Notes: generated by a model not told the origin, from the sequence alone. A stretch of 24,000 bases of DNA from Salarchaeum japonicum (GCF_020614395.1 NZ_CP085324.1:415564-439563), one strand, 5' to 3'; counted from the first letter of the stretch, positions 5,975-15,379 are shown. Numbers and translations are program-made.

Positions 5975-7917
5975 GCGAACGCCGCCCACGCGAGGTACTC
6001 GCCGAACCGCCGCGGCGTCCCGTACCGGTCGTCGGGGTCGGCCGCGAGCGCCGTCTCCACGACCTCCCGGAGGTCGTCCGAGACCGGACGGTCGAGCGCG
6101 CCGTCCGCGAACCCGTGGTTCTCGGGCGGGCGGCCGGTGAGCGCGTGGTGGGTGAGCGCGCCGAGCCGGTACACGTCGCCCGCCGGCGTCGGTTCGGTTT
6201 CGGGCGGCGCGTACGCGTCGTCCTGGTTCGGCCACGCGTCCGCCGCGAGCGCGCCGAACCCCACGTCCCGCACGCGCGCCGTTTCGCTGTCGCCGTCGTC
6301 GAGGACGACCGATGCGGGCCGGATGAATCCGTGCGGGCGGTCGAGGCGCGAGAGCGCGTCCGCCGCGCTCGACACCGCGCGGAGTCCGCGCTCGCGTTCG
6401 CACAGGTCGGCGAGCGTCGCCGCGTAGGCGGAGGTCTCCACCCACGGCCGCGGCTCCACCCCCCACTCGCGGAGCGCGAGCACGCCCGCGGTGTCGCTCG
6501 CGTCCCGCCACGCCTCGCACGCCGCCCGGAACCCCGACTCGTCCAGGTTCCAGTATTCGGTGCGGACGCGCCCGCTCTCGACGCGCGCGGTCGTCCAGTC
6601 GTCGGTTCGCTCGATTGTTTCGACGTGGCCCTCGACGCGCCGCCGGTCGCGCCACCACCGAACGCCCGCGACCGCCGCGCCGACCGCGCCGAGGCCGCCG
6701 AGCGCCCCGAGCACGCCCAGATTCCGGTCGCCCCAGCGCGCCGCCGCCGCGAGGCCGCCCCACGGCGGCCGCACCGCGTGCAGTTCGAACGATTCGCCGT
6801 CCTCGGCCTCCGCGCCGACGTACGCGCGGCCGCCGCGCTCGACGGCGTACACGCCCCGGCCCGGCGTCTCGTACCGCCAGCGAACCAGGCCGTCGCGGAG
6901 CGCCCGCGCCTCCACGCCGTCCGCGGTCGGCAGGCGGAGCTCCCCGCGGGAGGTGGTGGCGAGGCCGAACGCGTACTCGAACTCGTCCTGCCAGCGCGCG
7001 CGGCCGTCCGCGACGACCGTCACCGTCCGCGACTCCCCGCTTCCGTCCGTGAACACGAGCAGGGCGTCGCTGGTGGCGCTCACGCCCGCGTTGTCCGGGA
7101 CGCCGTACCGCCACGCGACGCTCCCGTCCGGACTAACGGCGACGATTTCCGTCTCTCCGCGGGCGTTCGCCGCCCGGAGGAGCATGCGGTCATCGACGGC
7201 TCCGACGGGCGACCCGGTGCCGCGCCACCACGCGACCGCGCCCGTGTCCACGTCCCACGCCACGAGACGGCCCATCCGTCGCGCAACCACGCGTCCCAGT
7301 GAGTCGTGCGCGGTCGTCCACGCGACGTTCTCGTGCCGCCAGCGCTCCGCGCCGTCCGTCACTCGGACGCCGACGAGGCCGCCGTCGGTTTCGAGAGCGG
7401 CGGTCTCCGCGGTTCCCGCGGCGTACCCGGTCGCGTCCGCGACCCGCCATCGTTCGTCGCCCGACGCGATATCGACCGCGACCACGCCCGCGTCGGTGAC
7501 CGCGTACGCGGTTCCCGCGTCGGGGTGGACGGCGGTCTCCCGCACCACGGTCTCCCCCTGGTCACCGAACGTCGTCGTCCACGCGACCGCGCCGCTCGCC
7601 GGGTTGACGCCGGTGAGCGCGTCCCGCTCGGGGGTCCGAACGACGACGTGGTCGCCCACCCCGCCCGTCTGCCAGCCGACCGCCCCCGGATGCGTCCACC
7701 GCTCGCCGCCGCGTCCGGGGTCGAGGCCGACGGCGCGCTCGCTGTCCGCGCCCCACACGGCCGTCACGAGCGTGTTCTCGGTGACTCGCGGCGGGTAGAT
7801 GGTGCCGGGCGCGCGGTACGTCCAGTCGTGATGGAGGGCGGTTCCCGGGAGCGACCACGCGGGGAGGGAGGCGGCCGCGCCGAGGAACGCGCGTCGAGTC
7901 GCGGGCACACCCGTCAC
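5959..7917 (-). CDS. Tat-exported PQQ-like beta-propeller repeat protein with one TM helix and a C-terminal cytoplasmic degenerate protein-kinase-like domain
   Basis: Twin-arginine motif '[15 protein letters not shown]'. Repeated 'xxGxxxW(R)' propeller blades ('ASGAVAWTT', 'ASGDERWRV', 'TDGAERWRH', 'DTGAVAWWR', 'PDGSVAWRY'). TM helix '[20 protein letters not shown]' followed by 'RWWRDRRR'. The kinase-like C-lobe has '[12 protein letters not shown]', 'RDVGFG', 'APPE', '[18 protein letters not shown]' and 'DPDDRYGT'. I chose the GTG start at 7917; the GTGs at 7929 or 7905 are also possible. The ORF-track start at 8163 would overlap tgtA. Confidence 0.75.
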   Translation of the reverse strand: MTGVPATRRAFLGAAASLPAWSLPGTALHHDWTYRAPGTIYPPRVTENTLVTAVWGADSERAVGLDPGRGGERWTHPGAVGWQTGGVGDHVVVRTPERDALTGVNPASGAVAWTTTFGDQGETVVRETAVHPDAGTAYAVTDAGVVAVDIASGDERWRVADATGYAAGTAETAALETDGGLVGVRVTDGAERWRHENVAWTTAHDSLGRVVARRMGRLVAWDVDTGAVAWWRGTGSPVGAVDDRMLLRAANARGETEIVAVSPDGSVAWRYGVPDNAGVSATSDALLVFTDGSGESRTVTVVADGRARWQDEFEYAFGLATTSRGELRLPTADGVEARALRDGLVRWRYETPGRGVYAVERGGRAYVGAEAEDGESFELHAVRPPWGGLAAAARWGDRNLGVLGALGGLGAVGAAVAGVRWWRDRRRVEGHVETIERTDDWTTARVESGRVRTEYWNLDESGFRAACEAWRDASDTAGVLALREWGVEPRPWVETSAYAATLADLCERERGLRAVSSAADALSRLDRPHGFIRPASVVLDDGDSETARVRDVGFGALAADAWPNQDDAYAPPETEPTPAGDVYRLGALTHHALTGRPPENHGFADGALDRPVSDDLREVVETALAADPDDRYGTPRRFGEYLAWAAFAQETW

Positions 7918-7987
7918 GTTCGCGCGCACCGACAAGAACGTTCGGCGATACACAACCCTCAATGCGCGCGCCCCCGGAAACCGGGTA

Positions 7988-9487
7988 ATGAGAGACCACT
8001 TCGAAGTGCGCGCCCAGGACGCCGGGGGGCGCATCGGCGACCTCACCGTCCCCCGCGCGGGCGTGACGGTGGAGACGCCGACGTTGATGCCGGTGGTGAA
8101 CCCGAACATCATCACCGTCGACCCCGCCCGCTTCCGCGAGTTCGGCGCGGAAATCCTCATCACGAACTCCTACATCATCAAGAACGACGCCGACCTCCGC
8201 GAGCGCGCGCTCGACGAGGGCCTCCACGGGATGCTGGACTTCGACGGCGCGATCATGACCGACTCCGGGAGCTTCCAGCTCGCCGAGTACGGCGAAATCG
8301 ACACCGACACCGAGGAGATTCTGGAGTTCCAGCACGCCATCGGGAGTGACATCGGGACGCCCGTGGACATCCCGACGCCGCCCGACGTGCCGCGCGAGCG
8401 CGCCGAGGAAGAACTCGAAGAAACCCAGCGCCGCCTCGAACTCGCGGAGACGGTGGAGACGGGCGAGATGCTCGTGAACGCGCCCGTCCAGGGCTCCACG
8501 TACCCCGACCTCCGCGAGGCGGCGGGCCGGCACGCCGAACACACTAGTCTCGACGTGTTCCCCGTCGGTGCCGTCGTCCCGCTGATGAACGACTACCGGT
8601 ACGGCGAGATGGCGGACGTGGTCGCCGCCGCGAAACGCGGCCTCGGCCGGGACGCGCCCGTCCACCTGTTCGGCGCGGGCCACCCGATGATGTTCGCGCT
8701 GGCCGCCGCGCTCGGCTGCGACCTCTTCGACTCCGCCGCGTACGCGCTCTACGCCCGCGACGGCCGCTACCTCACCGTCCACGGCACCGAACACCTCGAC
8801 TCCCTCCAGTACTTCCCCTGCGGCTGTCCCGTCTGCACCGACCACACGCCCGACGACGTCCAGCGGATGCCCGACGCCGCCCAGGAGGAACTGCTCGCCG
8901 AGCACAACCTCCACGTCTCCTTCACCGAGTTGCGGCGAGTGAAGCAGGCGATTCGGCAGGGGAGCCTGCTCGAACTCGTCGAAGCCCGCGCGCACGCCCA
9001 CCCTCGCGTGCTCGACGGCTACCGCGCGTTCCTCGACCACGCCGGCCAGTACGAACAGTCAGACCCCGTGAGCAAGGACACGTTCTACTACACGTCCCCG
9101 GAGTCCGCGCGCCGGCCCGAGGTCGTCCGGCACCGCGAACGCCTCGACCGATTCTCGCTCCCCGAGACGGTTCTCCTCGCGGAGTCCGGGACGGACGACG
9201 ACTTCGACGAGACGTGGCGCGTCCGCCCGCCGCTCGGCCCGTACCCGCGCGAACTCGCCACCAGCTATCCCTTCACCGCCGAAGTCCCGGAGCGCATGGA
9301 CGACGCCGGCTACGAGGCCGCCGCGAAGGGCGTCTCTCGGCTCGTCGCGCTCAACCCCGACACCGAGTTCACGCTCGCGCACCGCGACTGGCCGGCGCGC
9401 GCGCTCGACTACGTCCCGCCCCGGGTCGAACTGGTGAACCTCGAAACGGGACACACTACTGCCTCCGGCGCGGAGGACGACGCATGA
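7988..9487 (+). CDS. tgtA: Archaeosine tRNA-guanine transglycosylase (ArcTGT), a short form without a recognisable PUA domain
   Basis: '[22 protein letters not shown]...[12 protein letters not shown]' and 'MTDSGSFQL' are TGT TIM-barrel motifs. Zinc site 'CGCPVCTDH'. 499 aa. The stop overlaps the arcS start (ATGA). Confidence 0.92.
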   Translation: MRDHFEVRAQDAGGRIGDLTVPRAGVTVETPTLMPVVNPNIITVDPARFREFGAEILITNSYIIKNDADLRERALDEGLHGMLDFDGAIMTDSGSFQLAEYGEIDTDTEEILEFQHAIGSDIGTPVDIPTPPDVPRERAEEELEETQRRLELAETVETGEMLVNAPVQGSTYPDLREAAGRHAEHTSLDVFPVGAVVPLMNDYRYGEMADVVAAAKRGLGRDAPVHLFGAGHPMMFALAAALGCDLFDSAAYALYARDGRYLTVHGTEHLDSLQYFPCGCPVCTDHTPDDVQRMPDAAQEELLAEHNLHVSFTELRRVKQAIRQGSLLELVEARAHAHPRVLDGYRAFLDHAGQYEQSDPVSKDTFYYTSPESARRPEVVRHRERLDRFSLPETVLLAESGTDDDFDETWRVRPPLGPYPRELATSYPFTAEVPERMDDAGYEAAAKGVSRLVALNPDTEFTLAHRDWPARALDYVPPRVELVNLETGHTTASGAEDDA

Positions 9488-11241
9488 CCGACTACTTCGA
9501 GGTTCACGAGCGGGACGCGGCCGCTCGCCTCGGCGAACTCCGACTCGCGGAGTCCGTCACCACGCCCGCGCTCGTCGACGACGTGCTGGAGGACGCGGGC
9601 AGCGAGTGGTTCCAGAGCCAGGACTTCCCGACGGGTGACGACTCCCAGTTGACCGTTCTCCCCTACCGCGGGTTCCCGTCCGGGACGCGCGAGGAAGTCC
9701 AGGAGTCCTTTGCGCCCGACTACCCGGACGTGGAGTATCCGAGCGCGGCCGTCGTCACGCCCCGCACCGCCCGGGACTACGGCGCGGACGCCTACGTGCT
9801 GTCGAACGCGCCCGGGTTCGTCGGACACGCGAGCGCGTTCGCGAACGCCGTCGTCGAAGCGAAAGAACGCCTCCCCGCGGACAGCGCGCTCTACCTCTCC
9901 GGCGTCGCCACGCCCGCGAACGCCGCCGTCCTCGCGTACGCCGGCGTCGACCTCCTCGACGGCCACCGCGCCGCCGTCTACGGCACCCAGGGAAAATACT
10001 TGACCACCGACGGCGAGCACGAACTCGCCGACCTGGACGACCTCCCCTGCGCGTGCCCGGCCTGCCAGCGACCCCGCGAGGAGTTCGGCCGCGAGGACTG
10101 CAAGGAACACAACCGCAACGCGCTGCGCGCCGAACTCGCCCGGGTTCGCACCCGCATCCGGCAGGGCCGCCTCCGCGACTACGTCGAGGGGCAGGCGCGT
10201 CACGAAGCCTGGCTCACCGCCGCGTTCCGCGAACTCGACCAGGAGTGGGGCTACCTCGAAGAACGAACCCCGGTTCAGCGCGACAACCTCCTGCTCGCCG
10301 CGTCCGAGGACACGCTCCGGCGCGTGGAGATTCAGCGGTTCGCCGACCGCGTCACGAGCCGGTACGTGAACCGGTACGGCGACGACCGCCCGCTCCTCCT
10401 CGTGCCGTGTAGCGCGCGCAAGCCCTACAGCGACAGTCAGAGCCACCGCCAGTTCCAGGACGCCGCGAAGTACCGCGCGCACGTCGTCTCCATGACCTCT
10501 CCCATCGGCGTCGTCCCCCAGGACCTCGAACTCACGTATCCCGCCCAGCACTACGACTCCGTCGTCACCGGCCGCTGGAGCGAGGACGAAAAGGAGTTCG
10601 TCGCGCGCGTCCTCCGGCGCTACCTCGAAAACACCGACTATCCGCGAATCATCGCGCACGTCCCGCCCGAGGGCTACCGGGACATCGTGGAGCGCGTCGA
10701 GGACGACATCGACGCGCCGGTCGAGTACACGGTCGAAGACCACCCGACCACCGGCGAGAGCCTCGCGAACCTCCGGGACGCGCTCTCCGGCGAAGACCAG
10801 ATCTGGGTGTCGGAGCGCGAGGAACGCACGCTCCGCGCCGTCGCGGACTACCAGTTCGGCCGCGGCGCGGGCGACGACCTCCTCGGCGACATCACCGTCC
10901 AGGGCCGCTACCCCAAGCTCCAGGCGCTCGACGCCGAGGGCGACCAGCTCGCCGCGCTCGTCCCCCAGTACGGCCTGCTCTCGCTCACCCTCCACGGCGC
11001 GCGCCGCTGGGTGGACTCCGACGTGGAGACGAAAACCGTCGAAATCGACGACTTCGTGCCCCGGGGCTCCGTGCTCGCGCCCGGCATCGTGAACGCGGAC
11101 CACGACATCCGCGTCGGCGACGAAGTCGTCGTCCAGGGACCGAGCGCGTTCGCCGTCGGGAAAGCCGAGATGAGTGGTCGAGAGATGGCGGAGAGCACGC
11201 GCGGCATCGCGGTGGACGTGCGGCACTCCGCGGAACGGTAG
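9484..11241 (+). CDS. arcS: Archaeosine synthase ArcS (TgtA2 paralogue) with a C-terminal PUA domain
   Basis: I start the gene at the ATG at 9484 ('[19 protein letters not shown]', paralogous to the tgtA N-terminus). Zinc motif 'PCACPAC'. ArcS signature '[15 protein letters not shown]'. PUA-like C-terminus '[23 protein letters not shown]...[10 protein letters not shown]'. The ORF-track extension from 9214 is Arg/Pro-rich and overlaps tgtA. Confidence 0.9.
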   Translation: MTDYFEVHERDAAARLGELRLAESVTTPALVDDVLEDAGSEWFQSQDFPTGDDSQLTVLPYRGFPSGTREEVQESFAPDYPDVEYPSAAVVTPRTARDYGADAYVLSNAPGFVGHASAFANAVVEAKERLPADSALYLSGVATPANAAVLAYAGVDLLDGHRAAVYGTQGKYLTTDGEHELADLDDLPCACPACQRPREEFGREDCKEHNRNALRAELARVRTRIRQGRLRDYVEGQARHEAWLTAAFRELDQEWGYLEERTPVQRDNLLLAASEDTLRRVEIQRFADRVTSRYVNRYGDDRPLLLVPCSARKPYSDSQSHRQFQDAAKYRAHVVSMTSPIGVVPQDLELTYPAQHYDSVVTGRWSEDEKEFVARVLRRYLENTDYPRIIAHVPPEGYRDIVERVEDDIDAPVEYTVEDHPTTGESLANLRDALSGEDQIWVSEREERTLRAVADYQFGRGAGDDLLGDITVQGRYPKLQALDAEGDQLAALVPQYGLLSLTLHGARRWVDSDVETKTVEIDDFVPRGSVLAPGIVNADHDIRVGDEVVVQGPSAFAVGKAEMSGREMAESTRGIAVDVRHSAER

Positions 11242-12012
11242 TCAGGCGTCGTAGGCGTCGAGCCAGCCCTCCACCGCACCCTTGAGCGCGCCGGTGGTGC
11301 TGCCGAGATTGAGAATCTGGTAGCCGGCGTCGACTTTCTCGTTCACGTCGTCCATCCCGAAGCCGAGACCGCCGACGGGGACGTTCGCGTCGATGGCGGC
11401 GGAACGCACGGTCTCCAGGGCGTCCCGTACCTCGGGGTGGTCGAGTTCGCCGGGGTGGCCGTAGGCGACGGAGAGGTCGAGCGGCCCGAGGAAGACGAAC
11501 CCGAGTTCGGGCACGGAGAGGATGTCGTCGATGTTCTCCACGGCCTCCCTGGTCTCGATGGTCGTCCCCACCACCGTCTCCGCGTCCTCGCGCTCGACGT
11601 AGTTCTCCGTCGCTCCCCAGCGCCGCGCGCGCGGCGACCCGAGGCCGCGCTTCCCGGGACGGCCGTCGTACGTGAACCGCGCGGACCGCACCGCCGCCTC
11701 CACCTCGTCCGCGGTCTCGACCCGCGGCAGGAAGACGTTCCGCACGCCCAGGTCGAGCGCCTTCCGCACCAGCGTCGGGTCGGTGTCCGGCAGTCGAACC
11801 AGGAGTTCGATGCCCGTGCGTTCGGCCGCCCGCAACAAGTCCTCGACCTCCCGCGCGTCCCACGGGTCGGGGCCGCCGTGCTCGAAGTCGAGCCACACGA
11901 ACTCCAGTCCGAGTTCGCCGTAGAACTCCACCAGCGTCGGACTGTACGCGTTATCCAATACGCCCAGCGCCACGCCACCGGAATCGAGCGTCTCCCGCAA
12001 CTCGTTCACCAT
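11242..12012 (-). CDS. HpcH/HpaI-family aldolase (2-keto-3-deoxy-acid aldolase type)
   Basis: 'FVWLDFEHG', 'LVRLPDTDP' and 'FLGPLDLSVAYG' fit the HpcH/HpaI TIM-barrel aldolase pattern. I prefer the ATG at 12012 ('MVNELR'); the GTG at 12018 is an alternative. Its stop abuts the arcS stop. Confidence 0.85.
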   Translation of the reverse strand: MVNELRETLDSGGVALGVLDNAYSPTLVEFYGELGLEFVWLDFEHGGPDPWDAREVEDLLRAAERTGIELLVRLPDTDPTLVRKALDLGVRNVFLPRVETADEVEAAVRSARFTYDGRPGKRGLGSPRARRWGATENYVEREDAETVVGTTIETREAVENIDDILSVPELGFVFLGPLDLSVAYGHPGELDHPEVRDALETVRSAAIDANVPVGGLGFGMDDVNEKVDAGYQILNLGSTTGALKGAVEGWLDAYDA

Positions 12013-12034
12013 ACCCACAGAGTCGTACGCCGAC

Positions 12035-12042
12035 GGAAAACC
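12035..12042 (-). promoter_or_regulatory. TATA-like element (GGTTTTCC on the minus strand) for the aldolase gene
   Basis: It lies 23-30 nt upstream of the ATG at 12012 and is the only A/T run in the 45-nt spacer. Confidence 0.3.
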
Positions 12043-12063
12043 TCTACCGGCCCCGCGACCGCC

Positions 12064-13866
12064 TCAGAGCCGGCGGTCGAGGAAGTCGTCCACGAGCGTG
12101 AACTGCCGAATCTTCTGGTCGATGTCCGTGGAGCCGTGGCCTTCCGCGCCGAGTTCCTCGTACTCGAAGTCGCCGTCCTCGCCCTCAGTCCAGCCCATGT
12201 CGAGGAGGGCGTCGCGGAAGACGCGCGCCTGGTCGATGGGACACCGGGGGTCGTTGACGCCGTGAACGATGAGAATCGGATTCTGGATGTTCTCGACGTG
12301 CGTGAGCGGGGAGCGCTCGCGCCAGAACTCCTCGTTCTCCTCGGGGTCGCCGAGTTGCTGTTCGAGCATGGACTGGAAGTGCGGCATCGAGTTCTCGTAC
12401 ATCTGGAGGAGGTCGGTGATGCCGACCTGCGCGATACCGGTCGCCCACAGCTCGGGGTACTGCACCATCTGCCAGTACGCCGAATAGCCGCCGTACGACC
12501 CGCCCATCACGGCGACGCGCTCCGAATCGACCCAGTCGAGGTTCTGGAGCCACTCGCCGCCCGCGGCCACGTCCGCCTGCTCGCCGCCGCCCCAGTCGTT
12601 GTGGATGCGGTGCTTGAACTCGCGGCCGCGCCCCGTCGACCCCCGGTAGTTCGGCTGGAGGACGGTGTAACCCCGTGAAACGAGGAACTGCGCGTACAGG
12701 TCGAAGCGCGGCATCGAATGCGCGTGCGGGCCGCCGTGCACCATCACGACCGCGGGACTCGGACGCTCGCCCGAATCGTAGAGGAGCGCGCCGATCTCCA
12801 GGCCGTCCTCGCTCTCGTACGTGACGTACTCGGACTCGACGAACGTATCCGGGTCGATGTCGCCGTAGGCGGGCGCGATGAGCGTCTCCGTCCCGTCGCT
12901 CGCGCGGTCGTACGCGTACAGGGTCTTGCGCTCGTCCGAGGTGGTGTGCGCCAGTATCGCTCGGCCCTCGCCGTCGAAGTGTTCGTCGCCCGCGAGGCCG
13001 GCGACGCCCTCGTCGAGGTCGTACGCCGTCACGTCGCCCGATTCGAGGCCGTACTCGACGGGCATCGTCGCCGCGTTCCGCACGCGCGAGGCGACGACGG
13101 TGTCGCCGTCGGGGCCGAACGCCGCGCCGGACTCCTCGTACTCGCCACTTGAGAGCCACTCCACGTCGTCGGTGTCGAGGTCGTAGACGCCGACCCTGCC
13201 GAGGTCGGTCGTGTTGTCGGAGACGAGCAACCGGTCGCCGTCCGGATGCCAGTCGTTCGGGTAGGCCTCCGCGCCGACCTCGCCGATGTCGAGCTTCCGC
13301 TTCTCGCTGCCGTCCGCGTTCATCACGTACGCGTCCCGGTTCTCCAGCGCGTCCGTCTCGTTCGCGACGTACGCGACGCGCTCCTCGTCCGGCCCGAACT
13401 GCCCGCCGTGCACGGGCTGGTCGTACGCGGTCAGCTGTTCGGTCTCGTCCTCGCGGGTGTCGTACCGGTAGAGGTTCATCTGCTCGCCCTCGTCGCTCCC
13501 GTAGAGCACGTACCGGCCGTCGCTCGTCACGTCGTGGAACGCCGCCTGGCCGTCCACCTCGACGACGACCTCCACCTCGCCGTCCAGCGTCATCGCGTGG
13601 ATGTCGTTCTGCTCGTCGCCGCCCTCGTCCTGGTGGAAGAACACGCGCTCGCCGTCCGCGTCCCACGCGATGGGCCAGCGCGCCGCCCGCGGGACGTTCC
13701 CGTCGCTCACCTGCGTGCGCTCGCCCGACGCGATGTCCTGCACGTACAGTTCGTTCCGCCCGGTCTCGTCGTAGTAGAACGCCACCCGGTCGCCGTCCGG
13801 CGACACGCGCGGGTGGTAGAACTCGGGAAGGCTCGCGAGCTCTTCGAGTTCGACAGCAGTTGTCAC
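12064..13866 (-). CDS. S9-family serine peptidase (prolyl oligopeptidase / acylaminoacyl-peptidase type) with an N-terminal beta-propeller
   Basis: Nucleophile elbow 'GGSYGGY', acid 'VHGVNDPRCP' and His 'GAEGHGS' in the C-terminal alpha/beta-hydrolase domain. The N-terminus has TolB-like propeller repeats ('SPDGDRVAFYY', 'TSDGRYVLYGS', 'GPDEERVAYV'). GTG start at 13866. Confidence 0.9.
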   Translation of the reverse strand: MTTAVELEELASLPEFYHPRVSPDGDRVAFYYDETGRNELYVQDIASGERTQVSDGNVPRAARWPIAWDADGERVFFHQDEGGDEQNDIHAMTLDGEVEVVVEVDGQAAFHDVTSDGRYVLYGSDEGEQMNLYRYDTREDETEQLTAYDQPVHGGQFGPDEERVAYVANETDALENRDAYVMNADGSEKRKLDIGEVGAEAYPNDWHPDGDRLLVSDNTTDLGRVGVYDLDTDDVEWLSSGEYEESGAAFGPDGDTVVASRVRNAATMPVEYGLESGDVTAYDLDEGVAGLAGDEHFDGEGRAILAHTTSDERKTLYAYDRASDGTETLIAPAYGDIDPDTFVESEYVTYESEDGLEIGALLYDSGERPSPAVVMVHGGPHAHSMPRFDLYAQFLVSRGYTVLQPNYRGSTGRGREFKHRIHNDWGGGEQADVAAGGEWLQNLDWVDSERVAVMGGSYGGYSAYWQMVQYPELWATGIAQVGITDLLQMYENSMPHFQSMLEQQLGDPEENEEFWRERSPLTHVENIQNPILIVHGVNDPRCPIDQARVFRDALLDMGWTEGEDGDFEYEELGAEGHGSTDIDQKIRQFTLVDDFLDRRL

Positions 13867-13879
13867 GGACGTGAGTCAT

Positions 13880-13903
13880 CGCGAACGCCCAAAAGCGTTC
13901 GCG
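13880..13903. promoter_or_regulatory. Perfect 9-bp inverted repeat CGCGAACGC-CCAAAA-GCGTTCGCG, centred on a TATA-like A/T run between the peptidase gene and azlC
   Basis: The arms at 13880-13888 and 13895-13903 are exact reverse complements. The CCAAAAG centre lies 23-29 nt upstream of the peptidase GTG. This makes it a candidate operator overlapping the core promoter. Confidence 0.4.
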
Positions 13904-13968
13904 TCCCCCACACCGGTGGCCGATTCGGGAATCGACGGGTCTTACTGGCGGCCCGCGAACCACCCGGT

Positions 13969-14655
13969 ATGAACGCTCCCGACCCGACCGAGTTCCGGCG
14001 CGGCGCGCGCGCCGTCCTCCCCCTCATCCCCGCCATCGCGGGGTTCGGGCTGGTCGTCGGGGTCGCCGCCGGCAACGCCGGCTTCTCGCTCGCGCAGGCC
14101 GTCGGCCTGTCGGTGTTCGTGTTCGCGGGCGCGAGCCAGCTCGCGACCATCGAACTCGTGGACGCGGGCGCGCCGCTCGCCGTCGTCGTGCTCACCGCGG
14201 TCGTCATCAACCTCCGGATGATGATGTACTCCGCGTCCATCGCCGGCTACTTCGACGACATCGCGGAGCGCTGGCGCGCCGGCATGGCGTACCTCCTCAC
14301 CGACCAGGCGTACGCGCTCTCCATCAGCCACTACGGCGACGACCCGCCGAGCGACCCCCGCGGCTACTACCTCGGCGTCGCCCTCCCGCTCTGGATAGTC
14401 TGGCAGATAACCACCGTCGTCGGCCTGCTCGCGGGCGCGAGCATCCCCGAGAAGTGGGGCGTCACGTTCGCCGTCCCGCTCGTCTTCCTCGCGCTCCTCG
14501 TCCCCGCGATGAAAGACCGACCCAGCACGCTCGCCGCCGGCGTCGGCGGGAGCGTCGCGGCGCTCGGCGCGGGCCTCCCGCTCAACCTCGGATTGCTCCT
14601 CGGGGCCGTCCTCGGCGTGACCGCCGCGCTCACCATTGGAGGTGGCGAGGCGTGA
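13969..14655 (+). CDS. azlC: AzlC-family branched-chain amino acid permease/exporter subunit
   Basis: From the ATG at 13969: 'AIAGFGLVVGVAAGNAGFS...FVFAGASQLATIEL...VVINLRMMMYSASI' is the characteristic AzlC pattern. Polytopic membrane protein. The ORF-track extension from 13246 is antisense to the peptidase gene. Confidence 0.88.
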   Translation: MNAPDPTEFRRGARAVLPLIPAIAGFGLVVGVAAGNAGFSLAQAVGLSVFVFAGASQLATIELVDAGAPLAVVVLTAVVINLRMMMYSASIAGYFDDIAERWRAGMAYLLTDQAYALSISHYGDDPPSDPRGYYLGVALPLWIVWQITTVVGLLAGASIPEKWGVTFAVPLVFLALLVPAMKDRPSTLAAGVGGSVAALGAGLPLNLGLLLGAVLGVTAALTIGGGEA

Positions 14656-14972
14656 ACGACCTCACGCTCTGGGGACTCGTGCTCGCCATCGGGGCGGCGA
14701 CGTTCCTCATCCGCTACTCCTTCATCTACCTCGTCGGCCGCACCGGCGACCTCCCGCCCCGCATCTCTCACGCGCTCGCGTTCGTCCCCCCGGCGGTGTT
14801 CGCGGCGCTCGTCGTCCCCGAGTTCGTCAGCTACGACGGCGTCCTCCACGTCGCGCCCGACCAACTCGGTGCAGGTATCGCCGCGGCGCTCGTCGCCTGG
14901 TACACGGAGAACATGTTCGCCACCATCGCCGCCGGGATGCTCGCGCTCTGGACGCTCCGCTTTCTCGTCTAG
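14652..14972 (+). CDS. azlD: AzlD-family small membrane subunit
   Basis: The GTG at 14652 overlaps the azlC TGA (GTGA). It encodes a 106-aa hydrophobic protein ('WGLVLAIGAATFLIRYSFIYLVGR') in the usual position after azlC. Confidence 0.8.
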   Translation: MNDLTLWGLVLAIGAATFLIRYSFIYLVGRTGDLPPRISHALAFVPPAVFAALVVPEFVSYDGVLHVAPDQLGAGIAAALVAWYTENMFATIAAGMLALWTLRFLV

Positions 14973-15337
14973 TCGAACGCGCTCTTGAGCGCGAGCAGGA
15001 CGCCGCCGAGCATCGCGAGGTTCCCGAAGAACGCGAGGCGCTCGCCGCTCGCGTCTCCCTCCTCGTTCCAGAAGTCGTGCATCGTCGCCGTCACCGTCAC
15101 GAGGAAGCCCGCCGCCGCCGTCGTCGCCAACCGGGGGAGTCGCCAGAGCGCGATACCGACACCGGCGGCTAGCATCGCCGCGGACGCGAGCGGCGCGAGC
15201 ACCGACGGCACTGGGACGCCCGCAGACTCCGCGTACTCCACGTGGTCGTCGAGGTCGCGGAAGTCCTCGCTCGCCTGCAACGCCAGTCCGAGGCCGAGCG
15301 CGAGCCGGCCGAGCAGCCACGGTTCGTCGTCACTCAT
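14969..15337 (-). CDS. DoxX-family membrane protein
   Basis: About 122 aa from the ATG at 15337 ('MSDDEPWLLGRLALGLGL'). It has 3-4 TM helices and the DoxX-like 'HDFW...FFGNLAMLGGVLLL' block. The TTG at 15364 is an alternative start. Its stop overlaps the azlD stop. Confidence 0.7.
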   Translation of the reverse strand: MSDDEPWLLGRLALGLGLALQASEDFRDLDDHVEYAESAGVPVPSVLAPLASAAMLAAGVGIALWRLPRLATTAAAGFLVTVTATMHDFWNEEGDASGERLAFFGNLAMLGGVLLALKSAFD

Positions 15338-15379
15338 ACCCGGTGGTTCCGCCGCCGACAGCAAAAACGTACTCCCCGG

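Noticed and set aside
5210-7114. 634-aa minus-strand ORF, plus the plus-strand ORFs 6115..7302, 6491..7798 and 7306..8349
   Set aside because: All are Arg/Pro/Ser-rich alternative frames of the propeller-kinase gene region. The 5959..7917 frame is the only one with domain-like sequence: a Tat signal, blades, a TM helix and kinase motifs.
7918-8163. Upstream extension of the propeller-kinase ORF to 8163
   Set aside because: It would overlap the tgtA 5' end on the opposite strand and place about 80 non-signal residues ahead of the twin-arginine motif. Tat signals sit at the extreme N-terminus.
7562-9040. 492-aa minus-strand ORF, plus 9409..11226 (605 aa) on the minus strand
   Set aside because: They are antisense to tgtA and arcS, which carry unambiguous family signatures. 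Their composition is Gly/Val/Arg/Asp/Glu-rich, mirroring the sense codons.
9214-9483. N-terminal 90-aa extension of the arcS ORF
   Set aside because: It is an Arg/Pro-rich frame lying inside the tgtA coding region. The ATG at 9484 yields an N-terminus paralogous to TgtA and the ATGA coupling.
13246-13968. N-terminal 241-aa extension of the azlC ORF
   Set aside because: It is antisense to the S9 peptidase gene and non-protein-like (Val/Arg/Leu/His runs). The ATG at 13969 gives a typical-length AzlC.
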